Below, piece after piece: positions 13,630 to 27,900 of a stretch of DNA of 64,000 bases. Where the stretch lies: assembly GCA_002269645.1 (NCBI GenBank), contig NIVC01003005.1, positions 62,134 through 126,133 on the forward strand. Direction: 5' to 3'. Made by a program: the position numbers and the translations under genes. The notes beneath the pieces were generated by a model. That model made no database searches. It saw only the letters and a list, made by a program, of their open reading frames with translations, and was not told the DNA's origin. Numbering within the stretch: the stretch's first letter is position 1; each line of letters begins with the position of its first letter. This DNA is from Macrostomum lignano. Lineage: Eukaryota.

Positions 13630-13890
13630 TGAATTCTCATCTCACAAACATATCGATCTGTTTAAAATCTCATCTCACAGAGAGATATCGGTCTATTTGA
13701 AATCTCATCTCACAGAGACAAGTCGATCTATTTGAAATCTCATCTCACAGAGACAAGTCGATCTATTTGAAATCTCATCTCACGGAGACAAGTCGATCTA
13801 TTCGAAATCTCATCTCACGGAGACAAGTCGATTTACTTGAAATCTCATCTCACGGAGACAAGTCGATCTATTTGAAATCTCATCTCTGGA
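13630..13890. repeat. 35-bp minisatellite (about 7 copies)
   Basis: Unit TGAAATCTCATCTCACAGAGACAAGTCGATCTATT. Confidence 0.92.
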
Positions 13891-14689
13891 GATTTTAAAT
13901 AGATCTATCAGCATTCCACTTGTCCGGTACTCTGATTGATCTCAACTAGCAATTTAGGCACCGTTTAGGCATGGCTGGAGCTGCGAGTCTGCAATTGCAA
14001 AGCAGGGCTGCAAGCAGAATTTACAAGCTTGGATGCAGTAAAAGCATTTAAATGTATTTTTTCTGGAATTAAAATACTTTTCCTCCAAAAAACACAATTT
14101 ATTTGTAGAACTATCAATTAAACAGATCAATTAATCTTGTCGCTAAATCATCACGACATCATTCTGAGAGCTGCATCCTCATTGAAGCACTACAAATTTA
14201 TTTTAATGTTGCTTCTCAGTTGAGCACAGCACTACACAAAGAGTCGCTGCATGCAGTCAGTTGAGTATTTTTTCTAAATTCATCCGCCTGAGTGGAGTGT
14301 TGAGTGCCCACAGCTGCAAAATCGGACGCACGGAGCTTTGAAGGAATTGAAAGAAAGATGGTTTTGTTGGGATCAGATCCTTGCGTGTGTACAATGATTT
14401 TCTTTCTGTTGTGTGCGATTTCGCAGGGTCCGTGGGCATTGGTTAACTGACTGACTTGACTGATTTTTTACAATCACTTAGAATGCATCAAAGTTATTAA
14501 AATGATTATTGATTCCCAAAAATCACACAACAGAATATAACTGACTCAGCGAATAAAAGTGACTCAGCGACATCGTGATAAAAACTTTATGATCTTGCTA
14601 ATTAAACATATAATCTCGAAAATAACCCAAATAATCTTGATGGCTAACATAATCTGATTAGGACTGACATCATCATGATAATCACTTAA

Positions 14690-15575
14690 CAGAATCTTGA
14701 CATTAATTTGAAAGAATCCTTAAAATGGCAAGACACAATCTTGATGATGGCTAAACAGAAACTTGATGATGGCTCATCGGAATTCTAATAGTGTCTCAAT
14801 GGAAACTTGATGATGGCTCATCGGAATCCTAATAGTGACTCAATGGAACTTGATGATGGCTTATCGGAATCCTAATAGTGACTCAATGGAAACTTGATGA
14901 TGGCTCATCGGAATCCTAATAGTGAGTCAATGGAAACTTAATGATGGCTCAACGGAATCTTGATTGATGACTAAACGGAATCTTGATAGTGACTCAACAG
15001 AAACTTGATGATGGCTCAACGGAATCTTGATTGATGACTAAACGGAATCTTGATAGTAGCTCAATGGAAACTTGATGATGTCTCGATGGAACTTCAGTGA
15101 TGACTCAACAGAATCTTAATTATATCTAAACGGAATCTTGATAGTGACTCAATGGAAACTTGATGATGGCTCAACAGAAACTTGATGATGGCTCATCGGA
15201 ATCTTAATAGTGACTCAAAAGAAACTCGATGATGGCTCAATGGAATCTTGATTGATGACTAAACGGAATCTTGATAGTGACTCAAAAGAAACTTGATGGC
15301 TCAACATAATCTGATAATGGCTCAACGGAATCTTGATGATGTCCCAATAGAATCTTGATTGATGACTAAACGGGATTTGATGTCTCGATAATTATATCTG
15401 AACGGAATCTTGATAGTGACTCAACGGAAACTTAATGATGGCTCAACGGAATCTTGATGATGTCTCAATCGAAACTGATGATGGTTGATGATGGTTGATG
15501 ATTGATGGTTGATGATGGCTCAACGGAATCTTGATGATGTCTCAATCGAAACTTGATGATGGCTCAACGGAATCT
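14690..15575. repeat. Degenerate 21-22-bp satellite (GATGATGGCTCAACGGAATCTT)
   Basis: Same family as 12580-13000. Confidence 0.88.
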
Positions 15576-18202
15576 CGACAGTTATAATCGAATCTTACTT
15601 ATAACCTTGATAATTAATATTGATGTTCGCTCATGTATATACTCACTTCACTATAACTATGCTTGCGTATCATTGTTTTTATTATTAACGTCAAAAATAC
15701 ATGTAAATCAGATAGGTCCATACATTGAGGCAAACGCTTTTATAAACCATTCAGGTAAGAATTAAGCCATCTAAAAAAGTAAAAAAGTGTAAAAAGCCCC
15801 CGATTTCCATCAATCGAAACCAACTCATTGTAGCATAGAGGAAGTAATGAATTAATCAACTTCATCGAAATTCACTGAGAGTATTATTAGCCACTTAACT
15901 GTGTCCCAAGGTTCTAAAGTCCTCCACTTCCACTAGAAGAAGTTGCCTCATCCTTTAGCATCCGCTTCTGGCTCTCTAGAGAAAAAAATGAATGACTGAC
16001 TCTGTCAGGGGAAACAATGCGCTATTCCTATTGCCGCCATCGAGTGGGGGGGACTTCCTAACACAAAGGCTGTACTCACTCAAGCCCCTCCAGCAGATGC
16101 GCCCCACTCAAAGCATCCTGTTTGCCGACTAAATTTGAAAGAGAGCTGTCCATTTTGTCATTGTTTTCTACCTTCCTGTTGGACCTCTACTCGTATGAAA
16201 GGGGGGGGCGCAATTCATGTTTTATAGTAGCCATGCTTTTCTTAGAATATCGGCCTAAAATAAATAGCCCTTTCTTAGAATCTTTTCATTCAAGTAGATG
16301 AACGACTTCTAAAAAAATTTCTCTGGATTATTAACAGCTTTTTTACAATATAGCCTATAGATACCTGAAGTTCTGCCTTACAATTTAATTTATCGCGAAT
16401 TATGTAGGATCAGATTCAATGCTTAATCTTCCCCTATAACTAACTTTTTGTAACTGGAGTCGGTTTTTTTAATCATTAGACCATTCAACCTGACTGGGAA
16501 TATTGCCCTAAAACATCGTAATTAACTGCTTCTTTCTTGGAATCTCGATCTAGAAAATTCATATTTCTAAGAAACTTCTCCTAGATATAGCATTTCTTAG
16601 AATCGTGCCTTTTGTCCATTTGTCGTTTTATAGAAATCTTATTTTTTATGATATCATCTAACCAGAGATTTGATTCTTACCAAGATTACATGTATCTGTC
16701 ATACGAGATCGAACCAGTGAACCTTATTCAACTCGCAAGGGATATTCTTGACAATTTCTCTTGAAGCATAACTTATTGACAAAACCCCAGTGTGTATGAA
16801 AAAAGCACAGAAAATCCCCAAGCTAGGGGGCCTAACACTTGGCAGCCGTGCACCAAGTCATCAAAGAATTTATTTTCGCAAGAGCGCCCGACAGCAGAGC
16901 ACAGCAAGGAAATGAGCAGATGGAGCTATCTGTGCATCTATCATGACAGGAAGTCTATCCCTGAATATCTATTTGGGAAGCAGCTAATCCCAAATCCCTA
17001 ATGTAGGTGGGATTTCCAATCCCGGCCCCCTAATTCCTGTTGCTGATTGAGAATGAGGTTTCGAGGCGAAAGATGTGGAGAAGGGTCGAGGAGAGAGCTA
17101 GCTGAGATCCCATCTGTTTTTCATTTTCCCCGTGATCTTAAATGAACTTCTTTCTTCCTTTTCTACAGCGATCGGGTCCCAATACTTGCTAAGCGTGTGT
17201 GTGTGAACAGATCTAACCGTTTGTAAATAATAAACACTTCTCTATCAAACTTAAGACGCTTGATTCAAAATATTATTGTCGGTTGATAAACCTTTTTGAG
17301 TCGATTTTTCGAAAATAATTTATTGAACAGGAACTCATGATTATATTGACTTTTAAACTTTCAAACCGTCAAATTCCGGGTGCCACCTTGAGTATACAGC
17401 ACAGGGGTGTGACACTCAGTGTGACACAGAGTTCGCTGCTATACATCTTACACTATAAGCTGCGCTGCTCTGGGAAACGCTGGGAGAATTTAGATTAGGC
17501 ATGCAGTGACTTCATCTCAACCGATTCTGTATTGTTTTTTATTTCTACTTTTTACCTCTTCTGTCTCTATTACTTACAGATGTAATGCAATTTAAGAATA
17601 GCTTAGTTATAAGTAAATAGCATCAAATCCAAATCTGCAGAATCGATCGATCTTATCATCAATGAAAGCAGTCTAAAACCTAGAGCCAGCTGTAGAGACC
17701 CATGCTGTGCTTTGTTTTAATCTAATTTTTCTGCACCAATTCTGACGCACAGGGCGCGCCGGTAGTGCAGTGCTTTTCAAACAAATCAAGTTGGTCAGTG
17801 GCGCGTACTAAACTTAGTCACTACTGATCATACTCGCCAAAATTAAATATCTATATCTGTGTATGAAATTGAACCGGAAAGATTCCGCATGATTCCTATG
17901 ATTTGAAAGTCACCGTTAATATTGTACGCTTACTTACGACTTATCTAAAAAGGTTTATTATAACTAGAAAAGCGTATTTTCTAGAAAAGAAATTGTAAAC
18001 ACTAAAGAAAAGAATTAATTCTAAACGATGCTTCTGTTTCTTTATTAACAATAACTACGAGTATGAGTCAATAGCCGAGCCAATAATAGCATAGCAAAAA
18101 TATATAGTAGGCAATAAGTTAACTTTTAATTTCCGGAATTTGGTCGAATCTGCATCTTTTGTAGTATTCCTTTCATAAGATATTGACTCAATTGATTAGT
18201 AA

Positions 18203-18539
18203 TAGGCTTTTCATATTACCGATTCCAGAACCAGAATCGGTTCGAAGCTTTTCATATTGTCTGTTCCGTTTTCAGAATCGGTTCCAGAACCGTGATCCGA
18301 TTCTGGAATTCGGTTCGAGAAATTTTCTCGATCCGTTGTCGCATTATTATAGAAACAAAAGGACGAATTTGAAATAACATTTCAAACATTTCGAAAAGAA
18401 TTCTGGTTTTTCGATTTTAGATAAAAATGTTTTATCTTTTGAGAAGTAATATAATTTGACAGAAATCGAATTAAAAAATTCGACGCTTTTCATTTTCCTA
18501 CCGATTTTGGTTCTGGAACCGATCTTCGTGAAAAGCCTA
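18203..18539. mobile_element. MITE with about 38-bp imperfect TIRs
   Basis: TAGGCTTTTCA...TTCCAGAACCAGAATCGG at the left end is mirrored by CCGATTTTGGTTCTGGAA...TGAAAAGCCTA at the right end. Flanked by TAA/TAA (or TA). Internal GAATCGG/GAACC subrepeats. Confidence 0.7.
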
Positions 18540-19073
18540 TAATAGGCTAAAGTAAAAAATCATTCATTAACTAAATGACTTAAAACAACAAAAATACTTT
18601 CAAGAGTCTACTAGACTTGTTTGCACAAACATTCACAACGGCTATGCATTTAAAAATGTTTATTGAAAATTAAATTTATTCAAGTAAGCAGCGCCAATAT
18701 TTTCCTGGACAACAAAGTTACAAAAAATGGTTCGGAAACTAACTATGGCTTGTAATGGACTGTACTTTTATTCAGAAGTGTTTTAAATATGCTCGTACAA
18801 AAATTCAACTATTATAACAAAAGCGACAGAAAATGCACGAATCCGTTTAAGCATGAAATTTCGATTGATTTATCGTCGCAAATTGTTAGGATAATTAAAA
18901 TATGAGCGCACTTTTTAGCAAGATTTTTGGGTCAAAGAAGAAGATCAAAATATCCAAGGTATTAAGCATCAATTTCAATAGATATCTTAATTATCTATCT
19001 CAAACAGTCTGACGCACCTTAGGGTCCTTCAACGCGAGTAAATAATTTACTGACATTCAGGCGGCTCGGGTGG

Positions 19074-19229
19074 CTATACAAAAGAAGAACTGAACAAATT
19101 TATCGTTTTTGAATGCTGCTGTTGACGCTGCGATGGAGTCTGCTGCTGCTTCTTGCACAGCTGCCGGGTCTCGCGGCGGTCAACTTGCAGACTGCCGCAT
19201 CTTCGCCAGTTTGGCGTTGATGCTGTCGA

Positions 19230-19275
<46 letters not shown>

Positions 19276-21825
19276 AACAGTTGGTAGCTGTGCCTGTCTG
19301 AGAGAGTTTCCATCGCCTGATAGTCCTCTAGAAGATGAGAATCCGACTCGGCAGGGCATCGCTGCTGCTGCTGCTGCCAGATTTCTGTAGGGTAGCTGCA
19401 GTCCTCGCTGGCCGGAATTCGGCAGTCTGCGGATCGGTCGAGGAGGCGCGGAGTCCACTTGTGGCCTTTTGCTGGATGTTTAGTTGGGGCGGTACATGTG
19501 GAAAGGAGTTCAGAAAGTACTTGGCAGACTGAGGTTCTCAGCGTTCAGCTAGAGATGCCAGATAATGTAGTGAAAGACTCCTTGAAAGACACCATACAAA
19601 AAGACAAAGGACACTCACACATGTTGGCTTCTCCGCTACCAACTGACGGCCTCATGGTTTTGACTTGATGCGGAGTGCCATGCGGCATCTGCTGGCCTGA
19701 GTAGTGCTCCATCACCGCTGACTGAGGCATCGGCAGTGTGGCGAATCTCTGCGAATGAGTCAGTGTTTGTGTCAGATCTATCGATCGGTCGTCAATCTAT
19801 CGATTTTGGCGCTGATTCTTTCCCGGCAAGTTTCAAATGTTGCAGCAACATTCGTTAACAATTGGCTATTTCTTTACCCTGGGTGTCAATCTAAATGGGA
19901 GAAATTTGAGAAGCATATTTTGCTATGGCTGAGTTCCATTTGCGTGAGAGCCGGGGCAGCTGTGCGTTTTCAACTGTGTATTGGCGAAATTGGATACCGC
20001 GTGCAGGACAGTGAAGTGATGCGCACAAAGGTCTTGAATCAAGGCTTTATTTAAGCACATTTTAATTCAAAAATTATGTTTTATAGTTTTGTAAGGAATA
20101 CAATATTATTGTAGCCATATTCAAACACTTTGCCTGGCTTTGCAACCTCAATTCTTTTTTATGAGTGCACTTCCAAGCACGTGTGTTTATCTCTTGATGT
20201 TTGACTAGTTTAAATATTTACTGATGGAATTGCGATTTTATCCGTTGACAAAACAGACTTTTGTGACACTTTTGCCAGAGTAAGAGAGGAAAAAGTCAGA
20301 CAAGGAGAAGTTCAAAGGGAGAGAGTCAGAAAAGAAGAGAGTCACGAGAGAGCATGGAGAGAATCAGACGGAGTTAGTCAGAGAGGAAGAGAGTCAGACA
20401 AGGAGAGAGTCAGACAGGAAGAGAGTTGGACAGGGAGATAGACAGGGAGAGAGTCAGACAGGAAGAGAGTCAGACAGGAAGAGAGTCAGACAAGAAGAGA
20501 GTCAGACAGGAAGAGAGTCAGACAGGAAGAGAGTCAGACAAGAAGAGAGTCAGACAGGAAGAGAGTCAGACAAGACGAGAGTCAGACAGGAAGAGAGTCA
20601 GACAGGAAGAGAGTCAGACAAGAAGAGAGTCAGACAAGAAGAGAGTCAGACAGGAAGAGAGTCAGACAGGAAGAGAGTCAGACAGGAAGAGAGTCAGACA
20701 AGAAGAGAGTCAGACAAAGAGAGTCAGACAGGGAGAGTCGGTGGAGAGTCAGAGAGGAAGGTAGAGAGCCAGCAGGGACAGTGATGAGGATATAAAATCA
20801 ACACAACAAAGGGGTTTGAGTGGGAAAGTAGGCACATGACTTGCAATACAATAGCATCAATTCGGGTAAGTGTCTTTGATGTCATGTTTGAATACACGAA
20901 ACTTGCCCGTAAAACAACTCAAGACCACACACCAAAGAAACGCACGCACTGACACAACCGTCAAGTAGCATTTTAACGGGACGGATCTGTGTTTGCACAG
21001 TTTGCATTTCTGTTCTTCATACTCTCGTCCCACCCGTGGGAATTGAGAAATTGTTGCTCCCCTCAAAAGACGGATCGAGAGCGCTGGTGGCTGACTGCAT
21101 GGCTCTTTGCTCGCGGGTGAAATTCTGAGAGGCTTTCTCAAGTGGGATCTTCTGCTTCTTTTGTGGGGAGGAGGGTTAGAAATGCCCGCCATGCGCAGGC
21201 TCCGGGGAGGAGGGGGTCATCCATCAGTGGCTCAATGCCGTTCTTAATTCTCCTCGCTTAATCCCGGCGTTTCATATTTGTTTCAGAGGCTGCAGGGCTG
21301 GGATTTTTTATCGCTCTATGAGTAATCGGTGCTGGACGACTCTGAACTTATAGTTTAAGCATTCCAGACTCCATGGATTTATGTGTAACATCATGCCAGC
21401 TCTGGTAGGGGTGGAAGAGTCAACTTCTAAAAGAAGACATTTTATGAGCTATTTTAAAAGAAGAGATTACCAGATGCACGGATTAAAAAGTTCAAGATTT
21501 AGGTTTGATCGCTAGAGCAATCTTTTAGGAATAAAGCAATAACATGATCCAGATAAACAGATAATGTGTGGGATAGGAGTGCCTTAATGTCATCATCTAG
21601 AGTCTTAAAATGGTACACCTCAGACTCAAAATGACACACACAAACACACACACCTCAGACTCAAAATGACACACACACACACACACACACCTCAGACTCA
21701 AAATGACACACACACACCTCAGACTCAAAATGACACACACAAACACACACCTCAGACTCAAAATGACACACACACACACACCTCAGACTCAAAATGACAC
21801 ACACACACACACCTCAGACTCAAAA

Positions 21826-21877
<52 letters not shown>

Positions 21878-24800
21878 ACACCTCCAAATGACACGCACCT
21901 CAAACGCACTAGGAATCCAGCAGGGCTGGTTGCTTTGCAAATCGTCTCACCTTCAAGCTCATGCCAGACTGCCCGTCAATGCTGTCAGATCTGTTTTTAG
22001 CAGCAGTTGCCATGGACTGTGTGTGCCGCTGGCCTCTTTGCTGTTGCTGTTGCTGCTGCTGCTGCTGTTGAGAAGATCTTCTCATCCTCAACCACAACAG
22101 CCCGACCAGAAACACCACAGCCAGAAGAGCCCCCAGCAAAGCCAGACAGACAATTAGAATTAAGCTTTTCTGGTACTGCTGCTGCTGCTGCTGCTGGTTG
22201 AACCGCCTGTCACTGTCCGAACGACCTCCACCGGCGAGGTCGAAGCGGCCTCGACCTGCCAGTTCGCTGCCGGAGTCGGTCGGCAGAGCCGGCAGCTGCC
22301 GTACGGCCACAGTGAGAACGGCGGCCGACCTCAGCTGAGGCGAGCCGTGATCGGCAGCCTCGATGATCAGCGGGTAGCGGCCGCAGTTGGCTATGCTCAA
22401 CTGCCTGGCCAGGGTGAGCTGTCCCGTGTCCGGGTGCAGGCTGAACAGACCGGCACTGTTGCCGCCCAGAAGGCGGAACTGGACCCTTGAATTGGACGTC
22501 TCCTCGTCAGCGTCTTTAGCCTGAAGGTCGGCCACTGGCGCCCCGGCAGCGTTGAAACAGGAGGTGTCCACGATCGTGGTGTTGTCGGAATTTGGGTAGA
22601 TGAATCTTGGCGGATTGTCGTTCAGGTCAGTCACCTGCAGTTGTGCGGTTGCTAAGGCTTCAAAAAATTGTGCGTAAGACGCAGAGGCATCCTAGGATAC
22701 AAAATGGCATCGGATGTTTCAAAATGGCACACTACGATTCAAAATGGCGTTCCATGATTCAAAATGACACTCAGTGGTTCGAAATGGCATTCCATGATTC
22801 AAAATGGCACCTGATGATTCAAAATGGCACCCATGATTCAAAATGGCACCCAGTGATTCAAAATGACACCCAGTGATTCAAAATGGTACTCTATGATTCA
22901 AAATGGCACTCAGTAATTCAAAATGACACCCAGTGATTCAAAATGGTACTCTATGATTCAAAATGGCACCCAGTGATTCAAAATGGCATGTCATGATATT
23001 CAAAATGACACTCCAAGAAACAAATTCGCATCCATGGGATAACAAAGTGGCACCACCTGAATATTGAGTAACAACTCTGAATAAAATCTTTCTTTCAGAA
23101 ACTCTTAAAAGTTCAAACATCCACTATTGCCACAGCCGCTACCCTACACCAGCTCTCGAATATTGGCTGGGTGTCCACTTGCATGCACCGAGCACACGCA
23201 CAAAAAAAGTTTTCATTCCCTCATCGTCCACCCAGACTCCCTCCGTCTCCCCGGCATCACTCGTACTAACTCTGGAGCTCTCGCAGAATTTTATCAATTT
23301 TGCCAAGGCGTCTGCCTTCAGACTTGCTGTGAGAATCCTCACTTGCAGAGAGAACATATGAAGGCATGAATTAAGTGGCAACCGCACATGCTTGGAATAG
23401 ATTAACTGTCCCCGGGCTGACAGCTTTTTGCTTCTTCTAGGAGAGACAGGATTCGGCGGAAAAATTTCAATTTTGCCGCCTCTCTGAGCCGGTTAACTCC
23501 GGGGTCAAGAGCGACAGTTGAGGACAGCTCGGTTATCTGCTTGGTGACACAAATTGACAGAAATTATCGACTGAGCTTTCCTGGGGCTGAGTATTTTTTG
23601 GAATTGTTGGTTTAAGAGAGAGGCGAGTTTGGTGAAGCACCTTCGAGGAAGCTGAAGGATTTGAAGAGTGATAACCAGTGAGACTGAAGAGTCTGAAGGA
23701 TCAGGGGATGGTAACTAAGCCTGAAGGATCAGAAGGATCAGGGAGAGGATGGCAACTAAGCCTGAAGGATCTGAAGGATCAGGGAGAGGATGGTAACTAA
23801 GCCTGAAGGATCAGAAGGATCAGGGAGAGGATGGCAACTAAGCCTGAAGGATCTGAAGGATCAGGGAGAGGATGGTAACTAAGCCTGAAGGATCAGAAGG
23901 ATCAGGGAGGGGGCGGCAACTAAGCCTGAAGGATCAGAAGGATCAGGGAGAGGATGGTAACTAAGCCTGAAGGATCAGAAGGATCAGGGAGGGGGCGGCA
24001 ACTAAGCCTGAAGGATCAGAAGGATCAGGGAGAGGATGGCAACTAAGCCTGAAGGATCAGAAGGATCAGGGAGAGGATGGCAACTAAGCCTGAAGGATCT
24101 GAAGGATCTGGGAGGGGATGGCAACTAAGCCTGAAGGATCTGAAGGATCAGGGAGAGGATGGCAACTAAGCCTGAAGGATCTGAAGGATCTGCGAGGGGA
24201 TATGGTAACTAAGCCTGAAGGATCTGAAGGATCTGCGAGGGGATATGGTAACTAAGCCTGAAGGATCTGAAGGATCTGCGAGGGGATATGGTAACTAAGC
24301 CTGAAGTATCTGAAGGATCAGGGAGGGGATATGGTAACTAAGCCTGAAGGATCTGAAGGATCTGCGAGGGGATATGGTAACTAAGCCTGAAGTGTCTGAA
24401 GGATCTGCGAGGGGATATGGTAACTAAGCCTGAAGTATCTGAAGGATCTGCGAGGGATATGGTAACTAAGCCTGAAGTATCTGAAGGATCTGCGAGGGGA
24501 TATGGTAACTAAGCCTGAAGGATCCCACTAAAAAACTTAACCATAGCATGTATCACCTTTTAGATAATTATCGGGATAATTTGCCGCTAAGCATGAGTCG
24601 ATGGGAGGCTGGGGGAAAGTGTGAGAAATGTGACAGACTGCCTCTCCTAAAAGCAATAATCTGGTAGATCGTGACACGTGGCAGATAACAGACGAACAAA
24701 TTTGCAATCATAATCTCAGGTGCTGGATGAGAGACGACCCGCTAGGAAGAGCCATAGGGGTCAGCTGCCACGTGGGGCGTGACTATCCAAATGAATTGGA

Positions 24801-24878
24801 GGGCTGCTGGGTGTGCTTCTCAATGAGCCCAGATGCAAAAAGCCAGCAGATTCCCAATCTTCATCACCTTCTCTCCGC

Positions 24879-24910
<32 letters not shown>

Positions 24911-27900
24911 TCCTTCCAAGTCCCCATAAAAAGTATTTGTGATTCACTGTGGCAGGATGCGGGGAGTTGCACAGGAGCTTCCTACTGAGCAGTCTAAAGA
25001 ATCTGCATTGAATTGGGGGCAAGGCCTCAGTTGGGGGGTACTGAAAAATCCTATCACGAAGAGTTAGCTATGGGATTTAATAACAGCGTACAATTATTGC
25101 AAACTGTGTGCCAAGTTGTACACTTGTACACCACCTGGTATACAAAATTGCAACTCAAAATTTAACAATCAGATTGAAGCCAGACTTTGTTATAATGGCC
25201 AGCTGAAAAGTTCTCTAATTTAAAATTGTCACCTCATTGATTTTTTATACACTTTTTATAAAGTTCATTCTGATATTTCAAAGTGCTAAAGATATTTACG
25301 ACGACACAGACGACGCTACAGAGTCACTCATTTGGCGCCGCAGAGTCACTCATTTGGCGCGCTACAGAGTCACTCATTTGGCGCGCTACAGTCACTCATT
25401 TGGCGCGCTACAGTCACTCATTTGGCGCCACAGAGTCACTCATTTGGCGCGCTACAGAGTCACTCATTTGGCGCGCTACAGAGTCACTCATTTGGCGCCA
25501 CAGAGTCACTCATTTGGCGCGCTACAGAGTCACTCATTTGGCGCCACAGAGTCACTCATTTGGCGCGCTACAGAGTCACTCTTTTGGCGCCACAGAGTCA
25601 CTAATTTGGTGCGCTACAGAGTCACTCATTTGGCGCCACAGAGTCACTCATTTGGCGCGCTACAGAGTCACTCATTTGGCGCCACAGAGTCACTCATTTG
25701 GCGCGCTACAGAGTCACTCATTTGGTGCGCTACAGAGTCACTCATTTGGCGCCACGGAGTCACTCATTTGGCGCCACAGAGTCACTCATTTGGCGCGCTA
25801 CATAGTCACTCATTTGGTGCGCTACAGAGTCACTCATTTGGCGCCACAGAGTCACTCATTTGGCGCCACAGAGTCACTCATTTGGTGCGCTACAGAGTCA
25901 CTCATTTGGCGCGCTACAGAGTCACTCATTTGGCGCCACAGAGTCACTCATTTGGCGCCACAGAGTCACTCATTTGGCGCCACAGAGTCACTTATTTACA
26001 CACAAAAATTCGTAAATTTTCTTATCACAGGCTCAGTTCCCTTCTTTCTCCCTTCTTGACAGCCAGCAGCCGCCCGTGATGAAGCTGTCAAACTTTGCTA
26101 GCATAAAATTTTCTTAGAAAACCAGCGACTGAATCGAAAATGAGGGAAGGCTGCGTGAACTTCCGGTTCACCTTAACGCCAGGTTGCTCAAAAAAACCCG
26201 TTACAAGATTACTATGATCTCTATAAAAGCAATTTTTTGGAGCCGTTGTCTGCCTGCTTGACAATGGTGCAGCCCTGTGCTACTTCAATTTCTAACTGCT
26301 CAACGAAATGATTAATTGGGTGCAAATGAATAAAGTCTGGTTTGTGGCCCGTCTGTCTGTCTGGTTCAAGTCGCTAAATCTATTGTAATATTGAATCTAA
26401 CCCGTTTATTAGCCCTTTCAGTTGACTTTCTGGTTAGCAAGAGGCTGTAAATCAGTTCATGAGATCATAGGTGAGTTCATGAGATCATCATGAGTGAGTT
26501 CATGAGATCCTGAGTGAGTTCATGAGATTATGCGTGAGTTCATGAGATCATCATGAGTGAGTTCATGAGATCCTGAGTGAGTTCATGAGATTATGCGTGA
26601 GTTCATGAGATCATTGGTGAGTTCGTGAGATCATAATGAGTGATTTCATGAGATCATAGGTGTAGTTCATGAGATCATAGGTGAGTTCATAAGATTATCA
26701 TGAGTGAGTTCATGAGATTATGCCTGAGTTAATGAGATCATAGGTGAGTTCGTGAGATCATCATGAGTGAGTTCGTGAGATCATCATGAGTGAGTTCATG
26801 ATATCATGCGTGAGTTCATGAAATCATGAGTGAGTTCATGAGATCATAGGTGAGTTCATGATATCATGCGTGAGTTCATGAGATCATGAGTGAGTTCATG
26901 AGATCATAGGTGAGTTCATGAGATCATAGGTGAGTTCATTAGATCATCATTAGTGAGTTCTTGAGATTATGCGTGTGCTCATGAGAACATAGGTGAGTTC
27001 ATGAGATCATAGGTGGGTTCATGAGATCATAGGTGAGTTCATGAGATCATAGGTGAGTTCATTAGATCATCATTAGTGAGTTCATGAGATTATGCGTGAG
27101 TTCATGAGATCATGAGTGAGTTCTTGAGATTATGCGTGTGCTCATGAGAACATAGGTGAGTTCAGGAGATCATCATGAGTGAGGTTATGAGATCATAGGT
27201 GAGTTCATTAGATCATCATTAGTGAGTTCATGAGATTATGCGTGAGTTCATGAGATCATGAGTGAGTTCTTGAGATTATGCGTGTGCTCATGAGAACATA
27301 GGTGAGTTCAGGAGATCATCATGAGTGAGGTTATGAGATTATGCGTGAGTTCATTAGATCATGAGTGAGTTCATGAGATTATGCGTGAGTTCATGAGATC
27401 ATGAGTGAGTGAACACCGAGCCGGTTCTCACCTTGACAACAACAGACGCGCTGCCCGACCTCCTTGGGTTGCCTCCGTCGAACGCCATCACTGTGAAGCT
27501 GTACGTCGATCTCTCCTCCCTGTCCAGCAACCGCAACGTTTTAATTTGGCCGTCGTGCCGACCGACGCTGAACACGGAGCGCAGGCTGATCTCCGCCAGG
27601 CTGTAGGTCACGTGACCGTTCGGACCTTCGTCTGGGTCGTGCGCCGTCAAGACACCCACCAGTTCGCCCGGTCGCTGCTGTTCAGCGATGCGGAACTCCA
27701 GGGGCATGTTTCTGAAGTTAGTTATTCAGTTAGTTAGTTAGTTAGTTAGTCAGTTAGTTAGTCAGTTAGTCAGTTAGTTAGTCAGTTAGTCAGTTAGTTA
27801 GTCAGTTAGTCAGTTAGTCAGTTAGTCAGTTAGTTAGTTAGTCAGTTAGTTAGTTAGTCAGTTAGTTAGTTAGTCAGTTAGTTAGTTAGTTAGTCAGTTA

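Noticed and set aside
12257-14460. Minus-strand ORFs at 12257-12583, 12927-13202 and 14257-14439 as exons of one gene
   Set aside because: No recognisable domain, partly made of the 21-bp satellite, and no phase-consistent splice chain could be built.
17004-17300. Possible solo LTR (TGT start, AATAAA)
   Set aside because: No matching ACA end with a target-site duplication, no second copy and no PBS or PPT found.
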